Shown here piece by piece: positions 27,001-35,349 of a stretch of 48,716 bases of DNA. Made by a program: the position numbers and the translations under genes. The notes beneath the pieces are model-generated. The model ran no database searches. It saw only the letters and a list, made by a program, of their open reading frames with translations, and was not told the origin of the DNA. Origin of the DNA: a virus. Lineage: Duplodnaviria; Caudoviricetes. How positions within the stretch are numbered: position 1 is the stretch's first letter; every line of letters begins with the position of its first letter. The stretch covers positions 1 to 48,716 of the IMG/VR virus record IMGVR_UViG_3300017774_007358, one strand, 5' to 3'.

Positions 27001-27410
27001 TTATTGTAATATGAAGAATATAACTTTGAGGTAATTACCCCGTTATATTGTTCTGTATCCAAAGAAAAAGCTTTGTATGTAACTTCATCTGGTGATGCAC
27101 TAGATTCGTCGTCATTTAATCTAAGAAGATTTAACGCAAAAACAGGCCCTTGACTCAAACAAGTGAAAACCGATCTGTGAAAGAAAGATCCCTTATTTTC
27201 TAAGGATCTATCTATATCTCCAAATATAGCAATCATTGTCGTAGCATCCGGTATATAAACCGGAGTATTGAAAGGACCAATATTAGAGAATCCTACAACT
27301 AGACGAATTGTTTGAGATGTTAGTATAACATTTTGGGAAGCGTCAAACTCCAACGTATAAACTCCAGAAGCTTTAAACTGAGAGTAGTCTATTTTAATCT
27401 TACTTGCCAT
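24045..27410 (-). CDS. gp18: Contractile tail sheath protein (gp18-like) with large central insertion
   Basis: N-terminal SGVYTLEFD..., GPFNTP; C-terminal VPPAA, AGQKRG, GINPI, FGNQT, LHVRDLL, FDFN, DTSNNT, IEPARG. Confidence 0.9.
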   Translation of the reverse strand: MASKIKIDYSQFKASGVYTLEFDASQNVILTSQTIRLVVGFSNIGPFNTPVYIPDATTMIAIFGDIDRSLENKGSFFHRSVFTCLSQGPVFALNLLRLNDDESSASPDEVTYKAFSLDTEQYNGVITSKLYSSYYNKERFFFPDPEYFLATLSVADQGKLFNLTNLGKSPVSIITRKSTDSVFPLLGFNIFAADWYGINNVPSFMHPYDYISDYFIDVIAVSGDWTNYQALSVDPKWSSYFTNNGFIKSQIDNFLSNQDVNIVTSVTGCIIPDFVDLNGNNQYIQTLVNQNTPSTGLFCAIDEQAFDDICNSPYKIDLVGNHLIDELSGDRDLATPRIKFLSYDQVLVADYLYTQNVIGVTGAGPFFTPATGATVFTTGAKVGTLFTLNPGVTGATAGIINQSFAAYNSTLFEGGLHYLQTSGTTGATGGISTAAQKTLLKEFLTVTSSSDQKFILGVVQGIAGLTGALINQYQEGDLVKLKVTGTTEVGSELRILFSHPLDIASYRAQGIVVSPTYNLAPYNTGASGSNRPFYTSAYQFGNSDYLDIESVSTPNGVTGPNAPLGVSNVLLGYNASELYVDNKYNEIVDGDLIWLNDDGTSLQYMGFQQTVDRDQFNLVYTRAFTNVSRNDTTITNIATFGGGLTPSYASDNSGLPVSDQKINIISQAGGISEFVDATQINPTTFNVVEDANGNVPFSVGDLIVSTDLDICVPPTGNQQQRLAKITTVASTTASGVYRVVCARPVLYYSGLTSERVQKFKSIPEFTTSFDFTYLSGFAMKESHRPNGTDARVSEILDVMFDTNIAKTLAAKDIISFRYVVDTFSGQILPNSKRQLSLLAKNRQQAMALINAPSITQFRNSTDPRFTDAPTAVNPFPALQTRYIAEGGNLALNPSYTFSLPSEDDGSKFCGFFSPYITIRESNRNINVPPAAFVSNNYVRKFAAGEPYSIVAGQKRGVLSGGTIVGVEYDFTDEDRGNLEPFGINPIIKRTGVGVVIFGNQTAYQTVNSAFNLLHVRDLLISVESDVQSILSNYLFDFNEDSIRLEIKTLVDNYLDGVQSGGGIYAYQTIMDTSNNTPAIIDMNMGVIDVIIEPARGIQKFINRITVTRTGGIASGGFAQFV

Positions 27411-27435
27411 TATAATAATATATTTTTAGTCAGTG

Positions 27436-27443
27436 TATATATC
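27436..27443 (-). promoter_or_regulatory. Putative late promoter GATATATA
   Basis: Intergenic, upstream of the sheath gene. Confidence 0.6.
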
Positions 27444-27479
27444 GTATTTGATTTCAATTTCCTCGGAAAAATTTAGAAA

Positions 27480-29321
27480 TCAAATTAAAGCGCTAAAATC
27501 CTTATAACTTTTACCTTCTTTTGTTATATAAATATTTTTTGAATTTCCTTCTGAGTCAAATTCAGGGGGATTCATCCCCTCTATTTTATTTATTATCATA
27601 CTTTTATAATCACTATCTTCGAGCTCATCAAATAATTCTCCTACCATTTGTCCAAAATCATATCCGTCAAAAAGTCCAGATAAATTAACTAAGGTCATAG
27701 CAACATCATCATGTCCGCTTTGTGCAGAATATGTTCCTCTAGAATTTAAGCCAAAGGTAAACATTTCTAAAATTGTATGTTTTTTTTCTGTTATAATTAT
27801 TCGGTCTTTTCTAACGAGCGACCTTAATAATTCACAGTATTTCATTTTTATCTTTTCGTTATATTTTATTCCGGGTTTAGCTAATCTGGCATTTTCTGTG
27901 TGCTTTGTGAAAAGAAACATTTCATCATAAAAATCATCTTTAGATATTAGCTTTTCGTAAAACATATCTCCCTTATAATTCATCTCTAATGCTATTTTAA
28001 CTCTATCTGCATTAAATACTTTAAGAATTAAATTAATAACTATTTTTGTAAAATCATCAAGATTTATATTATTTTCTCTGAATAACCCAATTTGTATAAG
28101 ACCAAAAAAATCAGATTCGTCTTCAAAATCATCAATTTTTTCAATAATTGATTTAGGTAAAGGGGTTAATTTAAATATATTTAATACTGTATAATCTCCT
28201 TTGTTACCTTCACTAAGATCTATAGAGAAAACATATCTTTTACCTTCTTCGTCTGCATTATCTATATTAAATTTTGGATGCCATGTTAGATTTTCATAAT
28301 TGATATCAGTATCATGAAGGCATTCGATTTCTGCCCATTCGTATTCGGATTCATTATTTTTAATTTTTTTTAATTCATTAGACCCTAGAAGTAATGTGGA
28401 AGAGCTTAAAAACTGATTACCATATTCTTGGTTGAATAATTCTTCGCTTCCTAGATTTGCCATCTCGGTTTGTCTCCAAGCTTCGTCCCTTCCCGGTACT
28501 TGCCACCAGTCCACCCTAATCGGATTAAAACTATTTTTACCTTCTAAAGCTAATTGATAGATCTCATAAAACTTATTCATCCCGTTGGGGGTAGAAGTTA
28601 TTATAATTCTAGAAACATTAGAAGAAGAAACCGTAGGATATGTAGATCTAAAGAAAGCCTCAATAAAATTAGGATTAATATGGGCAAACTCATCCATATA
28701 TAGAAAGTGAATAGTAAAACCAATACCTGTTGTTTTGGTAGTAGTTTTAGCTAAGATCCTGCAGCCATTATCAAATTTCATTGACATGACATTATTTACA
28801 TTCATTCCGGGTTTAAGGAAAAAAGGTAATCCTTTAATTATATGTTTTATTTTATCCATTAGCTCTTCCGCAGTATCCCCAACGTTAGCTAATATCATCG
28901 CATTTTTATCATGGTTGAAAAGTAAATACCAAACTAAAATTATCGATGAAGTAATAGATTTACCAACCTGTCTAGGAGCTAAAAATATATTCATCCTGTT
29001 ATTCTGGTATTCCTTAAGAACAGAGATTTGGTATTCCCTAAGTTTTATATAATTCAAACCAGTATCTGTCATTACTTGACAATACTTGGAAAAATACGTA
29101 ACGTCCTCAGCACATTTTTTTATTTCTAATGTTTCTTCTTTGGTGTATTCAAAAAGAACATTAGATCTTTTTAGCTCTGGGTTATTATCATGAAATGGAT
29201 TATCAACACTTTTAAAGTCAAGCCCTTCTTCGTCAGCTTTTCTTAATAGCTCATTTACTCTTTCGGTGGACCAATAATTACTTTCTTCCTGGGTTTCCCC
29301 TATTTTTTTATTTTCTATCAT
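27480..29321 (-). CDS. gp17: Terminase large subunit (gp17-like)
   Basis: LREYQ, Walker A PRQVGKS, Walker B YMDEFA, STPNG, FNQEY, nuclease IDLSEG and HDDVAM. Confidence 0.95.
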   Translation of the reverse strand: MIENKKIGETQEESNYWSTERVNELLRKADEEGLDFKSVDNPFHDNNPELKRSNVLFEYTKEETLEIKKCAEDVTYFSKYCQVMTDTGLNYIKLREYQISVLKEYQNNRMNIFLAPRQVGKSITSSIILVWYLLFNHDKNAMILANVGDTAEELMDKIKHIIKGLPFFLKPGMNVNNVMSMKFDNGCRILAKTTTKTTGIGFTIHFLYMDEFAHINPNFIEAFFRSTYPTVSSSNVSRIIITSTPNGMNKFYEIYQLALEGKNSFNPIRVDWWQVPGRDEAWRQTEMANLGSEELFNQEYGNQFLSSSTLLLGSNELKKIKNNESEYEWAEIECLHDTDINYENLTWHPKFNIDNADEEGKRYVFSIDLSEGNKGDYTVLNIFKLTPLPKSIIEKIDDFEDESDFFGLIQIGLFRENNINLDDFTKIVINLILKVFNADRVKIALEMNYKGDMFYEKLISKDDFYDEMFLFTKHTENARLAKPGIKYNEKIKMKYCELLRSLVRKDRIIITEKKHTILEMFTFGLNSRGTYSAQSGHDDVAMTLVNLSGLFDGYDFGQMVGELFDELEDSDYKSMIINKIEGMNPPEFDSEGNSKNIYITKEGKSYKDFSALI

Positions 29322-29329
29322 ATAAAAAT

Positions 29330-30139
29330 TTAAGAAAACATATCGTCATCTAATTCGTAGGTATCATCTTTTTTTACATCATCAGATTCTATCCTATCGA
29401 CATCTATTATTTTTTTATATCTTGCATTAACAATGGTTCCGGGATCCATTTGTTTTATTTTTTCCTCGTCGATTTCTAAAGCTTTCACGTCTTGAATTTC
29501 AGGTCCTAGAAGTTCTCTCAGACCTTCCATCATATTTTTTGTTCCCCTACTTTTAATAGTTCCGTTTTCGGAAACTGAACTAGCTGAAGGAACATAAAGA
29601 TCCCCTTCGCCAGATTTTTCCATTGATATTCCGTTATTGTGATTTTTTTGATCTATTTCATTTCTTAGTCTTTTATACCCCTGTTCCATTCTTTCCATAT
29701 AATTCTGGTAATCTTTAGGCATCTGCATGATTTGGGACTGAAGCTGACCTAGTACTTCAAAAAGTCTAGGGTGGGTATTTCCTAATTCTATTTCTTCTAA
29801 TATTTTAGTTATTGCATGTTGAGCAGATTTTAACTGAAACATCATAGCAGAAAGATTTACGGCATCCATTTTCTTCTTATGCTCGAGGTGATCTGCTCCC
29901 CCCATTTTATCTGGATCTACGTAAAAATTTGTTAATGAATCTAATAAAGTCTTAGCTTCTGTAAAAGCTGTAGATTTTTCCTCGTTATAATTCATCAAAT
30001 CAGTGGTCTTTAACCTTGGAAGATCTAGACTATTAGAATCTATAACACTATCCAAAGATTCCTCCATTATGATAGAGTCCAAACTTTCTTTCATTCTTTC
30101 CTCTATAATTTTTTCTGGCTTCGGTTTTCTTCTTGGCAT
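29330..30139 (-). CDS. Putative terminase small subunit (gp16-like)
   Basis: HPRLFEVLGQL motif; immediately upstream of the large terminase. Confidence 0.6.
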   Translation of the reverse strand: MPRRKPKPEKIIEERMKESLDSIIMEESLDSVIDSNSLDLPRLKTTDLMNYNEEKSTAFTEAKTLLDSLTNFYVDPDKMGGADHLEHKKKMDAVNLSAMMFQLKSAQHAITKILEEIELGNTHPRLFEVLGQLQSQIMQMPKDYQNYMERMEQGYKRLRNEIDQKNHNNGISMEKSGEGDLYVPSASSVSENGTIKSRGTKNMMEGLRELLGPEIQDVKALEIDEEKIKQMDPGTIVNARYKKIIDVDRIESDDVKKDDTYELDDDMFS

Positions 30140-30142
30140 ATA

Positions 30143-32860
30143 TTATCTATTTCTTGCAAATTTAGGAAGTCCTAAAAGAGGTTTACAGTTATCAATTATA
30201 CGTGAATTTTGTTCATCCCTAACTATATTTTGATTTAATACAGTAGATTGTACATCTATATCTATCATATTCTTAAATAATCTTACATTGCTAAGATAAA
30301 TTGGACCTGTCCATATCTTATAAGTATTATTATCTGTTCCGTAGAAAGGATCTTCTGTTAGATTTACTATCCAACTAGACCCGGTAGACCCGGTAGACCC
30401 AACTATAGTGTTAGGCGAATCAAAAGCTAATGATCCCGTTGCCGAATTATATGAGGTAATATTAGAAATTTGATAGTTACTAGCCGTCTTGTATACTGTA
30501 ATAGATTGACCTGCAATGTAATTTAGCTGGGGCTCTATGACTATACCCCCAGTGTTTCCAAGTTCAAAGTATGTATCTGAATGTGCTAAATAATTAGGTT
30601 GTAGGCTAGTAGGGGCATCAAATATAAAATCAGAAATAAAGCTTCTTAAATCTTCATGAACAGAGGTTAGATTAGAAGATTGTCCTAATGTATCCTGTGG
30701 ATTAAAAGATATAGCCCAGCCATTTATAGATATCTGTTTGTACTTATTGGATAAATTAAATACTAATCCGTACCATTCGGAATAAGTAGGAATAAATTGA
30801 AGGGTTGAATTAAATTCCTCATCGTTTATTCTTATTATAAAACTTCCTATATTTAAAAAATTTACTCCTTTATCATCTACTACACCCGAATGCACTATAT
30901 CTATTCTTATCCCGTATGTAACGGATTCAATTTCATATAAGCCATCAAGAAGGTTTCTGCTTTGTGCTTTTTGCATTTTCCAAATTATAGGAACTTGAGA
31001 AAAATTAATAGATTTATTTTCTATAGTAAAAGTGTAATCGTCTATAACACTAAGAACTTTATATCCACCAGTATGTGTTTCGTCTCCTGATATAGCAACA
31101 TACCCTTCTGGATTATCGGAATAAGCCGTCCATGCAGAAAGTCCATGCTTGCTAGGGGAAGAAGAAAAAGTAAGGGTACTAGAAGTGCTAGAGGATAAAG
31201 TTAAATTTCTTACCGGATAAGAATTTTTAGAAAGACTTTGAGCATTATAAACATTCCTCATAGAGAACCAACATGTATACGAAAATTCTTCGCCCGAAGA
31301 CAATTTAGGTAATTCCTTATACCTTATAGCATTTCTGTAGCTTCCCACCTCGGTAGTAAATTCAGGAACATAATTGAAAGCTGAAGATAGATCATAATAA
31401 TGATTGAAAACTATTGTCCAGTTATTATTCAGGTCATATCCTACGATTGCTAGATCTTTATATATGTAGGATCTTACCGGATCCTGGGATAAAGTATTTA
31501 TGATTCCGTATTGTTGAGGTTTTGCTATCTTTTTCTCTTCTGCGGATATTTCTTCTCCGAAAAGAGATTCTGTAGTTAAAGATATTCCTTCCAATTCTTC
31601 TTTGTAAGCAGGATCTTGGAAATATGTATTGCTTTTTGGCTGATATTTTTTTAATTCTATTTTAAAGTAAACAGGGGAATACATAAAATCTCTAAATAAA
31701 TACATAGAGTTTATTTCATATATTCTATTCGTTAAAGGAAAATAAATTATATCTCTTTTTCTAGGTTGTGATCCGTTTCCAAAATTTTGTTCGAAATACC
31801 TTTTGTCTATATGGATTTCAAAAGGTTCGTCAAATTGAAGTCCAAAAGGGTCAAAGTTTATTTTATTATCGGGAAATTGATTTCCCGGAACCATAACTTT
31901 AACACATTTCTCGTCAACCACGTCAAATATAGTATATTCTCTAAGAGAAACATCTCTCCCCCTTGCTTGCGGCTGTACTGAATAATAATTTATCTCGAAC
32001 CCAAATATATTATTAACCATATAACTTAAATCGTTATAAAGATTAACAGCTTTGTTTATATTATAAGGTTTAAAAGTAAATTTACAATCCGAAAATATTA
32101 TAGGTCTTTTTGAGATCTCATTCGAACATAATGGTGAAGGGTATACAATAGGCAATTCCGTAGGATCTGCATAAGTTATATCTAATTCAAAATCGGTTAT
32201 AACTATATTAGAATCCATAGGTGAATCCGGTATCTCTATAAAAGTTCCATCTGGATTTTTTAATATGGAGGTAAATCTAAATTCTGGATAGAATTTATTA
32301 TTGGGGTCCAAAGGGACTTCGTAAATCTCAGAAAAATTATTGGTTATTCCGTTTAAAGCTGTTCCTACATTCTCCCAAAGAGAAAAAGTTTTACCATCAA
32401 TTGAATACCTAAATTCTATAGAAATATCTTCTGAATCTAATGCTGTACCGTTATTGCTACTATTTAAAGTGTTTATTATCCACCCATTATACGAAGAAGC
32501 TCTTTCAAAAGGAGTATCCCATGTAAGAACCCTATAGTTTCCAATATAAGTAAAATTAAGGGAGCTATCTAATTGCTCTATCCTTAAATCGTACTCGTTT
32601 GAGGTAGAACATGGTTTATAGTAAGAATTTCCATTTTCAGTTACCTGATGATATCCCTCACATCCTATTTGTTTAGCCCTTGCTAAAGCTGAATCTATAG
32701 TGGAATATAAATTGTCGGTAGAACTATCTTTATTTTTTTGTGTATTCTGAAGCCCATCCTGATAAGCATATCTTGGATCAGATAAGTCATATTGTTCTCC
32801 ATTCCCGTTATACACTGGGGTTCCTTTTTTTGGAAATTTATCCTGGGGGTAAAAATTCAT
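30143..32860 (-). CDS. Multi-domain neck/head-closure protein with a gp14-like domain
   Basis: INYY...D..LREY, FGLQFDEPFEIHI, PRKRDIIYFPLTNRIYEI resemble gp14; extra N- and C-terminal beta-rich domains. Confidence 0.6.
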   Translation of the reverse strand: MNFYPQDKFPKKGTPVYNGNGEQYDLSDPRYAYQDGLQNTQKNKDSSTDNLYSTIDSALARAKQIGCEGYHQVTENGNSYYKPCSTSNEYDLRIEQLDSSLNFTYIGNYRVLTWDTPFERASSYNGWIINTLNSSNNGTALDSEDISIEFRYSIDGKTFSLWENVGTALNGITNNFSEIYEVPLDPNNKFYPEFRFTSILKNPDGTFIEIPDSPMDSNIVITDFELDITYADPTELPIVYPSPLCSNEISKRPIIFSDCKFTFKPYNINKAVNLYNDLSYMVNNIFGFEINYYSVQPQARGRDVSLREYTIFDVVDEKCVKVMVPGNQFPDNKINFDPFGLQFDEPFEIHIDKRYFEQNFGNGSQPRKRDIIYFPLTNRIYEINSMYLFRDFMYSPVYFKIELKKYQPKSNTYFQDPAYKEELEGISLTTESLFGEEISAEEKKIAKPQQYGIINTLSQDPVRSYIYKDLAIVGYDLNNNWTIVFNHYYDLSSAFNYVPEFTTEVGSYRNAIRYKELPKLSSGEEFSYTCWFSMRNVYNAQSLSKNSYPVRNLTLSSSTSSTLTFSSSPSKHGLSAWTAYSDNPEGYVAISGDETHTGGYKVLSVIDDYTFTIENKSINFSQVPIIWKMQKAQSRNLLDGLYEIESVTYGIRIDIVHSGVVDDKGVNFLNIGSFIIRINDEEFNSTLQFIPTYSEWYGLVFNLSNKYKQISINGWAISFNPQDTLGQSSNLTSVHEDLRSFISDFIFDAPTSLQPNYLAHSDTYFELGNTGGIVIEPQLNYIAGQSITVYKTASNYQISNITSYNSATGSLAFDSPNTIVGSTGSTGSSWIVNLTEDPFYGTDNNTYKIWTGPIYLSNVRLFKNMIDIDVQSTVLNQNIVRDEQNSRIIDNCKPLLGLPKFARNR

Positions 32861-32876
32861 GTCCGCTATTTATTAT

Positions 32877-32884
32877 TATATATC
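32877..32884 (-). promoter_or_regulatory. Putative late promoter GATATATA
   Basis: Upstream of the neck-terS-terL operon. Confidence 0.6.
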
Positions 32885-32910
32885 CGAAGCGGAACAGAAG
32901 GGTTTTTGGT

Positions 32911-33183
32911 TTATAATTTTATTACAGTTCCAGTTTCAAAATTGTATTGACAAGGACCATATTCTGTATCTAATTTTTTCTTAAGGTCCATTTCAACAGA
33001 TCTAATTTTTTCTGCATCCCCGCAAAGATTTTCTAATTGTAGATTCATAAGGTGTAGATCTTTTTCATATAATGAAATCTCGATTCTTAATCTTCCTATT
33101 TTGATAACATTTTCAGTCAATTCATTTTTTAATTTTTCAATTTCTGAAAATAACTCTTCGTTTATTTTAATTTCTTCTGGCAT
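32911..33183 (-). CDS. Small coiled-coil hypothetical protein
   Basis: Heptad pattern, C-terminal EYG...NFETG. Confidence 0.65.
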   Translation of the reverse strand: MPEEIKINEELFSEIEKLKNELTENVIKIGRLRIEISLYEKDLHLMNLQLENLCGDAEKIRSVEMDLKKKLDTEYGPCQYNFETGTVIKL

Positions 33184-33195
33184 AATTTTTTATAT

Positions 33196-33223
33196 ATTAT
33201 AGAGGATACAAAAAATTAGTTTC
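33196..33223 (-). promoter_or_regulatory. Putative middle promoter GAAAC-N17-TATAAT
   Basis: Exact bipartite motif upstream of the ATG at 33183. Confidence 0.6.
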
Positions 33224-33232
33224 GATTATTTA

Positions 33233-33282
33233 AAAAGGTAATCCTGTGAATTTATACAAAAGGTAATCCTGTGAATTTATAC
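33233..33282. repeat. Exact 25-bp tandem duplication
   Basis: aaaaggtaatcctgtgaatttatac at 33233-33257 and 33258-33282. Confidence 0.95.
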
Positions 33283-33647
33283 CAAAAGTTTCCAGTGCGT
33301 ACATACATATCAGGTCCGCTAAAAGCAAAATCCCCAGTATTTCCAGGAGAAGAAGTCGCTCCGGGTACAGAAACTATATTAATAGATCCCGTTGGTCCAG
33401 TAGGTCCGGTTGGTCCAGTAGATCCGGTAGGACCAGTAGATCCTGTAGCTCCTGTAGCTCCAGTTCCACCGGTCGGCCCGGTTACACCTATTAAAGAATA
33501 AATTAGATTAGACCAAACATCTATACCATTACCTATCTTGTATCTACCAGTATCTGTTTCATATCCAAATTCGCCATCAAGCAGAATAGGATCATTGGTT
33601 CCCCAATTTAAACTAGTATCTCTTCTTATCTGTACTCTAAAAGCCAT
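33252..33647 (-). CDS. Short collagen-like fibre/decoration protein
   Basis: Fibre N-terminal domain QIRRDT..NW...[21 protein letters not shown] (Mtd_N/hyaluronidase-N type) plus (G-x-T)n triplets. Confidence 0.8.
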   Translation of the reverse strand: MAFRVQIRRDTSLNWGTNDPILLDGEFGYETDTGRYKIGNGIDVWSNLIYSLIGVTGPTGGTGATGATGSTGPTGSTGPTGPTGPTGSINIVSVPGATSSPGNTGDFAFSGPDMYVRTGNFWYKFTGLPFV

Positions 33648-33660
33648 TGCAATTTTTTCT

Positions 33661-33668
33661 TATATATC
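33661..33668 (-). promoter_or_regulatory. Putative late promoter GATATATA
   Basis: Intergenic, upstream of the ATG at 33647. Confidence 0.6.
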
Positions 33669-33675
33669 TAAAAAA

Positions 33676-34422
33676 TTAAAGTAATTCTTTATTGTTAGGT
33701 CCTGAGGTCCCTCCTGTTTTTAGATTCATTCTAATCCCACTTTGCATAAGATTACCTTTGAATCTTTCGGTAGAAAGGTCTTTTTCAGGAAAATAAGTTT
33801 CTAAAGCTAAAGAAAAATTAAAGTCTATAAAAGGAGGGTTACTCTGAAAAGTAAATTCCGTAGATTTTGTTATCTCGTAGGATTCCGGAAACCCAACTTG
33901 AACAGGAATTCTAAATCCTTCATATTCAAAGCTAAAAGTAAAAGTCTTATAGAATATAGTAACTGCACTCTGGAATAGCTTAAAAGCATCTATAAGGGTA
34001 TCAGTTTTCATTGCTACGTTAATAGGAACATTTAAAGGAATAGAATTAGTAAAAGAAGAAAAAGTTTTCATCTGCCCAGTTTTATCTTCCACTGCATAAT
34101 TCATTCTTGTAAATTTGTTAGTTAACCCTCCAGTATCTAAATCTACTCCTTGGAACGTAACAACTCCCCTAGGAATTATATCATAATTTCCCTCTGCGTG
34201 TATTTCGTCGGTTTTACAATTGACATATTCTAAAAAGCTATCCTGCAGGAAAGGTTCATCCCCCGTTAGAGAAAAATAAAAAGGTACGTAAACCTCTAGT
34301 ATTTCTTGTTGGTCATTAACTTGAATATATTTAAGTCTATCATTAAGAGAATTTAATAGAGCAACTATTAAACCCCTTAAGAAAACATCATCCATGTTAT
34401 ATTTTTCTAAAAATCCTGACAT
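33676..34422 (-). CDS. Tail terminator / sheath stabiliser (gp15-like)
   Basis: VPFYF, IPRG, IPLNV.....KTD...DAFK..Q resemble gp15-type proteins. Confidence 0.5.
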   Translation of the reverse strand: MSGFLEKYNMDDVFLRGLIVALLNSLNDRLKYIQVNDQQEILEVYVPFYFSLTGDEPFLQDSFLEYVNCKTDEIHAEGNYDIIPRGVVTFQGVDLDTGGLTNKFTRMNYAVEDKTGQMKTFSSFTNSIPLNVPINVAMKTDTLIDAFKLFQSAVTIFYKTFTFSFEYEGFRIPVQVGFPESYEITKSTEFTFQSNPPFIDFNFSLALETYFPEKDLSTERFKGNLMQSGIRMNLKTGGTSGPNNKELL

Positions 34423-34425
34423 AAT

Positions 34426-35313
34426 TTAAAAAGTTACATTTATAAAGTTAGTTCTTGTGAAACTTGTAGATCCGGTAGAATTGGAAGCTGTTAGTGTCAC
34501 TGAATATATTCCGGTTACCCCATATGTAATTATTGGGTTCTGTAAAATACTTCCTGTCGGTGAAGCAGTTGCTCCAAAATTCCAATTCCACCCAGTAGGA
34601 CCAGCATTGAAAGGAAGAAAAGGACTAGTGTCTTTAAATCCTACTGTTCCTCCTGGTACTATGGTAACAGAAGAAGTTAACCCAGTTGCACTTGTAAAAT
34701 TAGTATAAGGTGCAGAAGCAATTGGTCCCCTTTTAGAAGTTACCCCATTAGGGGTTGAATCGAAATCTGGATACCCTATAGGGGTATCGTCTAATCTTCC
34801 TGGTGTTCTTTGTTTTAGTACAGAGATCTCAGAATATCTTGCCGATAGGGGATTTCCCGCCGAATTCACATAGGTAGGATGTATAAAAGTTCCAGTTTTG
34901 TAAATTTCTAATGTTAGAGAAGAAATGTTAGAAATCGAATACCCTGACATTTGTGAAAAATCCACGGTACTCATTGGGCTTAGTGTATTGATTACTACGA
35001 AATTTTTAATTACGGAAGCAAAACCAACCCCATTTGGGCTATCGAATTTAACAAAGAAATAAGAAAATTTAGAAACCTCTTGAAGAACTGGTTTTCCTTG
35101 GGGATTTGTTTTATCTGTAAAAGGTATAGGTACCTTTGGTCTTTCTTTTAGTAAACCCGTCCCTAGTAATCCCTGACCGCTGCTATTTTCTTCAAATAGA
35201 TTTACCGGAATTTTATTAAGACCTACGACATTACTATTTTCCTTTGCAATCTGATCTTGCTTTTGCCGGGAACTTAATTCTTTACTTGTCTGTGGGGTTT
35301 GTCTGGATCTCAA
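34426..35313 (-). CDS. PKD (Ig-like) domain virion protein
   Basis: VGFKDTS, WNWNFG, QNP, Y...GIYSVTLTASN; TTG start. Confidence 0.75.
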   Translation of the reverse strand: MRSRQTPQTSKELSSRQKQDQIAKENSNVVGLNKIPVNLFEENSSGQGLLGTGLLKERPKVPIPFTDKTNPQGKPVLQEVSKFSYFFVKFDSPNGVGFASVIKNFVVINTLSPMSTVDFSQMSGYSISNISSLTLEIYKTGTFIHPTYVNSAGNPLSARYSEISVLKQRTPGRLDDTPIGYPDFDSTPNGVTSKRGPIASAPYTNFTSATGLTSSVTIVPGGTVGFKDTSPFLPFNAGPTGWNWNFGATASPTGSILQNPIITYGVTGIYSVTLTASNSTGSTSFTRTNFINVTF

Positions 35314-35328
35314 TTCTATTCTTTTTCA

Positions 35329-35336
35329 TATATATC
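35329..35336 (-). promoter_or_regulatory. Putative late promoter GATATATA
   Basis: Intergenic, upstream of the PKD gene. Confidence 0.55.
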
Positions 35337-35349
35337 AGAAAAATAAAAA

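Noticed and set aside
33233-33647. Diversity-generating retroelement suggested by the Mtd_N-like domain and nearby repeat
   Set aside because: The repeat is only 25 bp, exact and tandem, with no adenine-specific mismatches, no C-type lectin domain and no reverse transcriptase in the window
35282-35329. 15-aa ATG mini-ORF overlapping the PKD gene start
   Set aside because: Its ATG overlaps the GATATATA element and would probably not be in the transcript; the TTG start at 35313 is more plausible
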